Assembly: GCA_963792585.1 (NCBI GenBank)
Contig: CAWBWI010000001.1
Span: 1,056,001 to 1,120,000 of the forward strand
DNA: 64,000 bases
Source of the DNA: Candidatus Eiseniibacteriota bacterium
Lineage (GTDB): Bacteria > Eisenbacteria > RBG-16-71-46 > CAIMUX01 > VGJL01
Direction: 5' to 3'
The notes beneath the pieces were generated by a model. That model was not told the DNA's origin and searched no databases. It saw only the letters and a program-made list of their open reading frames with translations. This document shows, piece after piece, positions 41,526-49,448 of the stretch (positions are counted from its first letter, which is position 1; each line of letters starts with the position of its first letter). The position numbers and the translations under genes are program-made.

Positions 41526-41607
41526 GCCCTTCCCTGGGCAGCGGAGGAAGTACGGGGGCCAGGAGTCGAACCTCTAGGCCCCCCTCGAAGCGGTCTTAGA
41601 CCGTCCC

Positions 41608-41841
41608 CTAGAGGGGCGGCAGGGCCGGCATTCCGGCCATCTTCTTGGACTTCTTCGCCTTCTTCTTGGCGACCTTCTTCTTTGCAGTCTTCTTCTTCGC
41701 TACCTTCTTCTTCGCAGTCTTTTTCTTCGCAGTCTTCTTCTTCGCAACCTTCTTCTTCGCAGTCTTCTTCTTCGCGACCTTCTTCTTGGCGACCTTCTTC
41801 TTCGCCGTCTTCTTCTTCGCGGTCTTCTTCTTCGCCACCAT
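41608..41841 (-). CDS. Histone H1-like lysine-rich DNA-binding protein
   Basis: 77 aa with 11 tandem AKKK(T/V) pentapeptides; GGAG RBS. Confidence 0.85.
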   Translation of the reverse strand: MVAKKKTAKKKTAKKKVAKKKVAKKKTAKKKVAKKKTAKKKTAKKKVAKKKTAKKKVAKKKAKKSKKMAGMPALPPL

Positions 41842-41873
41842 CTGGGTACACTCCCTTCCGTGGGTTCCGAGGG

Positions 41874-42281
41874 TTACGCGGTCGCGCCACCCTCCGCACG
41901 AGCGGCTCGGTCTCCTGCGCCGTTTGCGAGGCCCCGAACCAGTTGCAACAGCTTCTCCAGATCAAAAGGCTTCCGAAGGTAGTGGTCGACCGACAACGCC
42001 CGGCATACCCGCTCGGAGTCAGGATTGTCGAACGCGGTCATGACAACCACACGGCCCGCGAATCCCGCTTCACGACGCTCCCGAAGCAGATCCAGTCCGG
42101 ACCGCCCAGGTAGCTTCACGTCGAGAACGAAGATGTCCACCGGGTCCGCCTTCGCCAGTTGGCGCTCCGCGTCTTCAGCGCTGGACGCAGCCAGCACATC
42201 GAAGCCATCCTCGCGCAGCGCGCTGGAGAGGGTCCGGAGGAGCAAGACCTCGTCATCGACGAGCAGGACTCTTGGACTCAC
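41874..42281 (-). CDS. Single-domain response regulator
   Basis: VLLVDDE, VLDVKLPG, MTA, LRKPFD. Confidence 0.9.
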   Translation of the reverse strand: MSPRVLLVDDEVLLLRTLSSALREDGFDVLAASSAEDAERQLAKADPVDIFVLDVKLPGRSGLDLLRERREAGFAGRVVVMTAFDNPDSERVCRALSVDHYLRKPFDLEKLLQLVRGLANGAGDRAARAEGGATA

Positions 42282-42310
42282 CGTGGAAACCTCATGGTTT
42301 TACTACTGTT

Positions 42311-42325
42311 ACCAGCTTCGTGCCA
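42311..42325 (-). promoter_or_regulatory. Putative sigma54 (-24/-12) promoter
   Basis: TGGCACGAAGCTGGT: perfect -24 box, imperfect -12; in an AT-rich intergenic region just after an NtrC-family gene. Confidence 0.45.
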
Positions 42326-42542
42326 AGCCGCGATTTACCTTTATTTGATTCCGTAACTGGTGTGGGCATCTGCAGTTAGACATCTGACAGAGACTTTGAT
42401 CCTGAAAATCGACAACCGGGCAAGAACCCGCAACTGCAAACAATTCCGTCGGTTATCTGGTGTCCGAAAGTCAACTCGCTGATCAGAAATGAGTTAGCAG
42501 CTCAATCCGAGGGTGTCCAATATTCTGACATGCACAGGATGT

Positions 42543-43922
42543 TTACACACGATCGAGCAAAGCCGTGCGCTTCAGCCTGTCCAACAGCCCTTGCCTCGAC
42601 AGACCGAGGATGCGCGCAGCGTGGCTCTTGTTTCCCTTGCAGTGGTTCAGGACACGGAGGATGTGCTCCTCTTCCACATCCTGCAAGCTGCGCATCGGCG
42701 AAACGGCTCCGTCCGTTCCATCCTCGACGCGGGGCGCGCCCTGGGCGCGCCCGAGGAACTCCGACGGGAGGTGCCGGGGTTCGAGTGCCTCACCCTCCTC
42801 GAGCAGGACGATCCGTTCGACCAGGTTGCGTAGTTCGCGCACGTTGCCCGGCCATCGGTATTTGAGGAATTGATCCTGCACCTCCGGACTCACCCTCCGG
42901 AAACCCTTGCGGAACTTGGTCGAGAAGGTCTGGAGGAAGTGCTCGGCGAGGAGGTTCACGTCCTCTGCCCGTTCGCGAAGGGGCGGAATCTCGACACGCA
43001 CCACCTGAAGTCGCCAGAAGAGGTCCTCGCGGAAGCTCCCGTTGCGAACGGCCGCCTCGAGATTCACGTTCGTGGCGGCGACGATCCGGATGTCGACCGA
43101 GATGTCCACGTTCCCGCCGACACGCTTGAAGGTCCGGTGTTCGATGAAGCGCAGCAACTTCGCCTGTGTCGAGGCGGGGAGATCCCCAACCTCGTCCAGG
43201 AAGAGCGTCCCGCCGTCCGAGAGTTCCACCAAACCGCGTTTCAGGTGGGTCGCGCCCGTGTAGGCTCCCCGTTCGTGCCCGAACAGCTCGTTCTCGAGCA
43301 ATGTCTCCTGCATCGCGGAGCAGTTGAGTTCCATGAATGGGGCCCGTCGGCGATCGCTCTCGAAGTGGACGGCCCGCGCCACCAGTTCCTTGCCCGTGCC
43401 GCTCTCCCCCAGCACCAGCACACTCGTCGCGTCCGATCGGGAAACCCGGCGGACGAGATCGATCGTCTCCCGCATCCGATCGCACTGGCCGAGCAGTTGC
43501 TCCTCCGCATACCGGCCCTGCTCCCTGCGTCGGTAGACGGCGAGGTAGCCGTCGCGGGCGGAGGCCTTGCGCGCCGTCTCGACCGCCAGGACGACCTCGT
43601 CCATGTCGTACGGCTTGCGGAGAAAGTCGGCCGCTCCACGCTTGATCGCCTGAACGGCGACCTTCGTGTCTGCATAGGCCGTCAGGACGATGACCTGGGT
43701 CGTGGACTCCACCCGCCGGATCTTCGGAAGCAGATCGAGGCCGTCGGCATCGGGGAGCTTGACGTCGAGCAGGATGATCTGTGGGCGCCAGGCTTCGGCC
43801 TCGGCGAGACCTTCCTGCCCCGTTCCCGCCGAGCGAACCTGGTAGCCGCGATCCTCGAGGACCCGCGTCAGGGAGCGGGCGATCGAGGGCTCATCGTCAA
43901 CGATCAGGACCTTGCTCTTCAC
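42543..43922 (-). CDS. sigma54-dependent NtrC/AtoC-family response regulator
   Basis: Receiver domain; GESGTGKE, ELFGHERGAYTGA, WPGNVRELRN; Fis-type HTH. Confidence 0.95.
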   Translation of the reverse strand: MKSKVLIVDDEPSIARSLTRVLEDRGYQVRSAGTGQEGLAEAEAWRPQIILLDVKLPDADGLDLLPKIRRVESTTQVIVLTAYADTKVAVQAIKRGAADFLRKPYDMDEVVLAVETARKASARDGYLAVYRRREQGRYAEEQLLGQCDRMRETIDLVRRVSRSDATSVLVLGESGTGKELVARAVHFESDRRRAPFMELNCSAMQETLLENELFGHERGAYTGATHLKRGLVELSDGGTLFLDEVGDLPASTQAKLLRFIEHRTFKRVGGNVDISVDIRIVAATNVNLEAAVRNGSFREDLFWRLQVVRVEIPPLRERAEDVNLLAEHFLQTFSTKFRKGFRRVSPEVQDQFLKYRWPGNVRELRNLVERIVLLEEGEALEPRHLPSEFLGRAQGAPRVEDGTDGAVSPMRSLQDVEEEHILRVLNHCKGNKSHAARILGLSRQGLLDRLKRTALLDRV

Positions 43923-44994
43923 GAGGTGTCGCCTCCGCCGGAACCGGGAACGAGAGCCGGAACGTCACACCGCCCTGCGATCGATTGCGCACTGTGATCC
44001 GCCCCCCCTGTTCGCGGACCAACTGCAGGGAGATCGAGAGTCCCAGCCCTGTTCCCGATGATTTGGTCGTGAAAAATGGGTCGAAGATACGGTCGAGGTC
44101 TTCCTCCGAGATTCCACATCCCGTGTCGCTCACCGCAACCTCCACCGCCAAGCGGGACCGATAGCGGCGGCTGGAGGTGACCAACCGCAGCGTTCCGCCC
44201 TCCGGCATCGCATCGAACGAGTTGCGGATGATGTTGAGGAGGACCTGGTGCATGGCGTCCGGGTCCATCGGGACCCGGGGCAGTTCCGGCGTGAGATCGG
44301 TCTTGACCACGACCGACGCGTTCGAGAGCTGCACGGACAGGGTGTCGAGGACCTTCTCGATCACCTGATTGACGTCTCCGTCGATCCGCTGGAGATTCTT
44401 CGGCCTGCCGAGCTGGAGAAGATCGGTGGTGAACTGCTCGATCCTATCGAGCTCCTTGATGATGTCCTCGAGGTCCTCACGCAGGGGTCCGTCGATCTTG
44501 GATCGAACGAACTGGATCGTCGTCCGGATGCCGGTCAGCGGATTGCGGATCTCGTGGGCGATGACGGCGGAGAGGTTGCCGATCGAGGCGAACCGGTCGA
44601 GGCGGCGCTGGAACTCGAGTTCTCCGACCGACTCCGTGATGTCGTCGAAGGAGAGGATTCCGCCCAAGATCCCCTCGTCCCGGGCAACGGGGATCCAGCG
44701 GGCCTCGACGGTCAGCTCGCGATCCTCCGAAGCGATCACCATGTCCCGGGTCATCCATTCCCCTATGTCCGGCGGCCAGAGGCTGGCCCCATGGGACGGC
44801 GATCGAACCTGGATGACCTCCACGATCGGGCGCTCCCGCACCTTGTCCGGCTGAAGCCCCAGCAACTCCTGCACGCGGCGGTTGATGAAGAGGATCTTGC
44901 CCGTTCTGTCGACGGCGATGATCCCCGAGTCGAGGGCATCGAAGAGGAAACGGGCAAACTCCCGGTCGGAATCGATCAGAGCGGTCGTACTCAT
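43897..44994 (-). CDS. Cytoplasmic PAS sensor histidine kinase (NtrB/AtoS-like)
   Basis: PAS; AHEIRNPL H-box; DTGCGI, FFTTK..GTGLGL; no TM segment. Confidence 0.95.
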   Translation of the reverse strand: MSTTALIDSDREFARFLFDALDSGIIAVDRTGKILFINRRVQELLGLQPDKVRERPIVEVIQVRSPSHGASLWPPDIGEWMTRDMVIASEDRELTVEARWIPVARDEGILGGILSFDDITESVGELEFQRRLDRFASIGNLSAVIAHEIRNPLTGIRTTIQFVRSKIDGPLREDLEDIIKELDRIEQFTTDLLQLGRPKNLQRIDGDVNQVIEKVLDTLSVQLSNASVVVKTDLTPELPRVPMDPDAMHQVLLNIIRNSFDAMPEGGTLRLVTSSRRYRSRLAVEVAVSDTGCGISEEDLDRIFDPFFTTKSSGTGLGLSISLQLVREQGGRITVRNRSQGGVTFRLSFPVPAEATPREEQGPDR

Positions 44995-45092
44995 CCGCGA
45001 ACTCTCCCACCGAATTGCCTGCGCCCCGTGCGCGCGGGGCGTGCTAGCCTCTGGTTCGCCGCAAGCGCCGCGGCGATGGAGGAACTTCGAGC

Positions 45093-45596
45093 GTGGAACC
45101 CCTTTGGACCCCCTGGCGAATGCCGTACATCCAAGCGATCAAGAGCTGCAATCGGTGCGTCTTCTGCGAGGAGGTGCTCGTCGAGGGAGCCGACCCCGAC
45201 CTGGTGATCCATCGAGGTCGTCATGCATTCGTCGTGATGAACCTCTACCCCTACACGACAGGACATCTGATGATCGTGCCGTACCGCCACGCCGCCTCCC
45301 TCTCCGGTCTGGACGAGGCCGAGATGGAGGAGGCGACGATCCTGCTCCAGCGGGCCGAGCGGGCGGTCGAGGCGGCCTTCGGGACCCGCCGGCACCATGT
45401 GGGAATCAACCTCGGCCGGTGCGCCGGCGCGGGGGTCGAGGGACACGTCCACATCCATCTCGTCCCACGCGCGTCCCGATCCGCGGACGATTCCCCCGCC
45501 ATGCTCGAGACGGAAGGAACCATGCCGCTCATCGAGGCGCGGGATCTCCTGGCTGCCGCGTGGAGTCGGACGGCCGATCATAGAACCGCCTCCTGA
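45093..45596 (+). CDS. HIT-family hydrolase (Ap4A phosphorylase-like)
   Basis: LWTPWRMPYI, CVFC, NLYPY..GH, HVHIHLVPR. Confidence 0.9.
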   Translation: MEPLWTPWRMPYIQAIKSCNRCVFCEEVLVEGADPDLVIHRGRHAFVVMNLYPYTTGHLMIVPYRHAASLSGLDEAEMEEATILLQRAERAVEAAFGTRRHHVGINLGRCAGAGVEGHVHIHLVPRASRSADDSPAMLETEGTMPLIEARDLLAAAWSRTADHRTAS

Positions 45597-46969
45597 CCGA
45601 GCTCCGGGAGCTCGACGGTCCCGAACCCCCGGTCCCGGAGCGTCGCGGCAAGCGCTTCCCCCTGGTCCAACGCGCCATGGACGACGAAGGTCTTCCGCGG
45701 GCGGTCATGAATCCGTTCCGCCCAAGCGAGCAGCTCGTCGCGGTCGGCGTGGGCGCTGAAGCCCTCCATCACCACCACCTCCGCCCGGCGCGAGAATTCC
45801 TCGCCGAAGATCCGCACCGTCGGGCGTCCCTCGGCGAGGCGCCGGCCCAGCGTCTCCTCGGCCTGGAACCCGACGATCAGGATCACGACCCGGGGGTCCT
45901 CGATGTTGTTGCGGAGATGGTGCAGAACGCGTCCCGCCTCGCACATCCCCGACGGCGAAATCACGATCCACGTGCCCGGCTTGCCGTTGAGCTTCTTCGA
46001 TTCCTCGACGTCCTGGACGTAGTGGACCAACCGGAATCCGAACGGATCGCCGTCGCGGCGTAGGGCCGCCATCGTCTCGGCGTCGAAGCACTCCGGGTGC
46101 CGGGCGAAGATCTCCGTCGCATCGACGGCCAAGGGGCTGTCGACGTAGATGGGAATGTTCGGGATCCTCCCGGAATCGATCAGTCCCTTGGTGATCCAGA
46201 CGATTTCCTGGACGCGGCCGACGGCGAAGGCCGGGATCAGGACCTTGCCCCCTCGGGCGCGGGCGCGATCGAGGAGCGCGGCGAGTTGCTCCGGAACATC
46301 GTCGATGGATGGGTGCAGGCGATCCCCGTAGGTGCTCTCGATCATGAGGACATCGCACCCGGAGACGAATGCCGGATCCCGTAGGATCGGCAAGTGTGGC
46401 CGGCCGAGGTCCCCCGTGAACACAAGGCGGCGTCGAACCCCCTTCTCCTGGAGGTCGAGCTCGAGGATGGCCGAGCCGAGAATGTGCCCCGCGTCCCGAA
46501 AGGTGACCGTCACCCCCTCGCAAACCGGGACCGGCTGATCGTACGGATGCCCCTGGAAGAGCTCGATGGCCGCCTCGGCATCCTCGAGGGTGTAGAGCGG
46601 CTCGCGATTCCGCGGGCCGCGGCGGCGCGGATGCTTGTTGACGAACTCGGCATCCTTGACCTGGATATGGGCGCTATCGCGCAGCATGATCGAACAGAGA
46701 TCGGCGGTCGCCGAGGTCGCATGAATCGGGCCCCGGTAGCCTTGACGCGCCAGGGTCGGGAGATTCCCGCTGTGATCGATGTGCGCATGCGAGAGAATCA
46801 CCGCATCGATGGAGGCGGGATCGAACGGCAGCTCGCGGTTGATCCGATCTCCGACTTCGCGCTTGCCTTGGTAGAGGCCGCAGTCGAGGAGGATGCGGCG
46901 GCTCCCGACGGTCAGGAGGTGCCGGGATCCGGTCACCGTGCGCACGGCTCCAAGGAAGGAGATCTTCAC
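45578..46969 (-). CDS. MBL-fold beta-CASP ribonuclease
   Basis: FLGAVRTVTGS, SHAHIDHSG, AGHILGS, ESTYG, FSAHAD. Confidence 0.92.
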   Translation of the reverse strand: MKISFLGAVRTVTGSRHLLTVGSRRILLDCGLYQGKREVGDRINRELPFDPASIDAVILSHAHIDHSGNLPTLARQGYRGPIHATSATADLCSIMLRDSAHIQVKDAEFVNKHPRRRGPRNREPLYTLEDAEAAIELFQGHPYDQPVPVCEGVTVTFRDAGHILGSAILELDLQEKGVRRRLVFTGDLGRPHLPILRDPAFVSGCDVLMIESTYGDRLHPSIDDVPEQLAALLDRARARGGKVLIPAFAVGRVQEIVWITKGLIDSGRIPNIPIYVDSPLAVDATEIFARHPECFDAETMAALRRDGDPFGFRLVHYVQDVEESKKLNGKPGTWIVISPSGMCEAGRVLHHLRNNIEDPRVVILIVGFQAEETLGRRLAEGRPTVRIFGEEFSRRAEVVVMEGFSAHADRDELLAWAERIHDRPRKTFVVHGALDQGEALAATLRDRGFGTVELPELGQEAVL

Positions 46970-47136
46970 CGCGCACTCCGGAGTCGTCTTGTCGAGACGG
47001 TTTGCATTATCGCCATCTATAGAGAGTGACACCATGGCTGTCAATGGATTGCGCGTCGCGCGTCGCGGCGCGGAGCGGTTGACGGGGCGCATCGGTCGAA
47101 GGTAGCGTCTCGACGACCGGAAAGGAGGCCGCTGGA

Positions 47137-48249
47137 ATGACGGGATGCGCGAGGATTCTCTGCGCCGCGGGTGCGCGACCCAACTTCATGAAGGTCGCCC
47201 CGATTCTCGACGCGATGCGGAAGAACCCGCGCCTCGAGGCGATCCTGGTCCACACCGGACAGCACTACGACGAATCGATGTCGGACGCCTTCTTCCGGGA
47301 CCTCGGAATCCCCCGACCGGACATTTCCCTCGGCATCGGCTCGGACACCCCGTTGCGTCAAATCGCCCGGATTCTCGAGCGCTTGGAGCCTGAGATCGAG
47401 CGGCTCACCCCTGCATGCGTCGTCGTCGTGGGCGATGTCAACTCGACGCTGGCCTGCTCGATCGCGGCAATCAAGCTCGGGGTGCCGCTGGCGCATGTCG
47501 AGGCGGGCCTTCGCAGCCGCGATCGGACCATGCCGGAGGAGATGAATCGGATCCTGACCGATGCCGCCTCCGACCTGCTGTTCACGACCTCGCGGGACGC
47601 AGACGAGAACCTGCTCGCCGAAGGGATCGGCGCGGAGAAGATCCACTTCGTGGGAAACGTCATGATCGATACCCTCCGGCGCTTCGAGGCGAACGCGCGG
47701 TCCTCCGCCATCCTCCGGGAGATCGGCATCGAGCCGGCGGGCTACTCCCTCGTGACCTTGCACCGGCCCTCAAATGTCGACCACAGGCAGGATCTCGAGC
47801 GGATCGTCGCGGTCCTCGAGGGCGCCGCGGCGCGCCTTCCCGTCGTCTTCCCCATCCACCCGAGGACCCGGGCGCGTTTGGAGGCCGAGGGGATGCTTGC
47901 GCGCCTGCTCCGGTTGCCCGCCGTCCATTTGCGTCCGCCCATGGGGTATATCGATTTCATCCGGTTGCTCTCCGATGCGCGCATCGTGTTGACCGACTCG
48001 GGCGGGATCCAGGAGGAGACGACCGTCCTGGGAGTTCCCTGCCTCACACTCCGGCCCAATACCGAACGACCCGTGACGATCCTGCAGGGAACCAATCGCC
48101 TGGTCGGATCCGACCCGGATCGCGTGCTCGCCGCCATGGACGAGGAACTCGCCGGGCGAACAGCCGGCGTCCGCCGTATTCCCGAGCTGTGGGACGGCGG
48201 GGCGGCGGAGCGAATCGTCCGCGTCCTCGAGCAGGCGTTCGCGGGGTGA
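47137..48249 (+). CDS. wecB: UDP-N-acetylglucosamine 2-epimerase (non-hydrolysing)
   Basis: GARPNFMK, HTGQHYD, HVEAGLRS, TDSGGIQEE, TERP. Confidence 0.9.
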   Translation: MTGCARILCAAGARPNFMKVAPILDAMRKNPRLEAILVHTGQHYDESMSDAFFRDLGIPRPDISLGIGSDTPLRQIARILERLEPEIERLTPACVVVVGDVNSTLACSIAAIKLGVPLAHVEAGLRSRDRTMPEEMNRILTDAASDLLFTTSRDADENLLAEGIGAEKIHFVGNVMIDTLRRFEANARSSAILREIGIEPAGYSLVTLHRPSNVDHRQDLERIVAVLEGAAARLPVVFPIHPRTRARLEAEGMLARLLRLPAVHLRPPMGYIDFIRLLSDARIVLTDSGGIQEETTVLGVPCLTLRPNTERPVTILQGTNRLVGSDPDRVLAAMDEELAGRTAGVRRIPELWDGGAAERIVRVLEQAFAG

Positions 48250-48254
48250 GCCCT

Positions 48255-49448
48255 ATGCGGATCGGGATGCTCCTCGATCGCACGTTCCCCCCCGATCCCC
48301 GGGTCGCGAACGAGGCCCGCTCTCTGGTGGCGGCGGGTCACGAGGTCCACCTGCTCTGCCTCCGCCACGGAGAGAAGCAGCCGGCGCGGGAGGAGTGGCA
48401 GGGAGTGCACGTCCACAGACTCGAGATCCCGCGGTGGTTCTACCGGAAACTCTCGGCTGTGAGCCTGGAGATCCCGGTCTATCGGTGGACCCTGTTGGGT
48501 CCGCTCCGTCGCATGGTCAAGGAGGAGCGGATCGAGGTCGTGCACACGCACGATCTGCCGATGGTGGCGATCGGTCGCACCGTTGCGCGGTCCCACGGGA
48601 TTCCGTTGGTCGCCGACCTCCACGAGAACTGGCCCGCGGCGCTGGCGACGTACGGCTACGCGACCCGGTTTCCCGGTCGTTTCATGATCTCTTCCACGCG
48701 CTGGGCGCGCCACGAACGCTCGATTCTGCCGCGAGCCGATCGGATCATCGTGGTGATCGAGGAGGCGATGGAACGACTCGTCGCCATCGGAATCGATCCG
48801 GCGAAGATCGCGATCGTTCGGAATACAGTCGAGGTGGACGAGTTCCGCGGGTTTGGAAACGACCCTGGGATCGCGGACCGGTTCCGGGGCCGCTTCGTTC
48901 TCTGCTATCTCGGAGGCTTCGAGCGCCACCGCGGTCTCGAAATGGTGGTCGAGGCGATGCCCCTTCTCGCGAGGCTCGTGCCCGAGAGCCTTCTCCTGCT
49001 CGTGGGAAGCGGCTCGACGGAGGGCGGTCTGCGCGCGTTGGCTGCGAGGCTCGGCGTGGCGGATCGGGTGGTGTTCGAAGGGTGGCAACCATTCCAGAGG
49101 TTCCCGAGCTACATCCAGGCCGCGCAGGTCTGCCTGATCCCCCACGTCCGCAACCCCCACACCGACACGACGATCCCCCACAAGCTGTTCCAGACGATGC
49201 TGCTGGGACGGCCGGTCTTGACATCCGACTGCCGCCCCCTGCGGCGGATCGTCGAAGAGACCGGCTGTGGTCTCGTCTTCCCCTCGGGCGACGCCGAGGC
49301 CTTCGCCGGGGCGGCCGCGAGTCTCGTCGATCCGCTGCTGCGCGGGCCGATGGCGGAGGCCGGCCGGCGCGCGGTTCTGGAACGCTACAACTGGAGCCGT
49401 GACGCGGCGACCCTCGTCGAAGCCTACCGGACCCTCGCGCGCTCCTGA
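48255..49448 (+). CDS. Glycosyltransferase family 4
   Basis: DPRVANEA, VHTHD, PHKLFQ..GRPV, YNW. Confidence 0.88.
   Translation: MRIGMLLDRTFPPDPRVANEARSLVAAGHEVHLLCLRHGEKQPAREEWQGVHVHRLEIPRWFYRKLSAVSLEIPVYRWTLLGPLRRMVKEERIEVVHTHDLPMVAIGRTVARSHGIPLVADLHENWPAALATYGYATRFPGRFMISSTRWARHERSILPRADRIIVVIEEAMERLVAIGIDPAKIAIVRNTVEVDEFRGFGNDPGIADRFRGRFVLCYLGGFERHRGLEMVVEAMPLLARLVPESLLLLVGSGSTEGGLRALAARLGVADRVVFEGWQPFQRFPSYIQAAQVCLIPHVRNPHTDTTIPHKLFQTMLLGRPVLTSDCRPLRRIVEETGCGLVFPSGDAEAFAGAAASLVDPLLRGPMAEAGRRAVLERYNWSRDAATLVEAYRTLARS

Noticed and set aside
41554..41583. Second tRNA (GGTTCGACTCC on the minus strand)
   Set aside because: Only a T-loop-like word inside a hairpin; no acceptor, D or anticodon arms.
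41645..42043. Phe-rich membrane protein (FFFA repeats)
   Set aside because: Antisense reading of the AKKK repeats of the histone-like gene.
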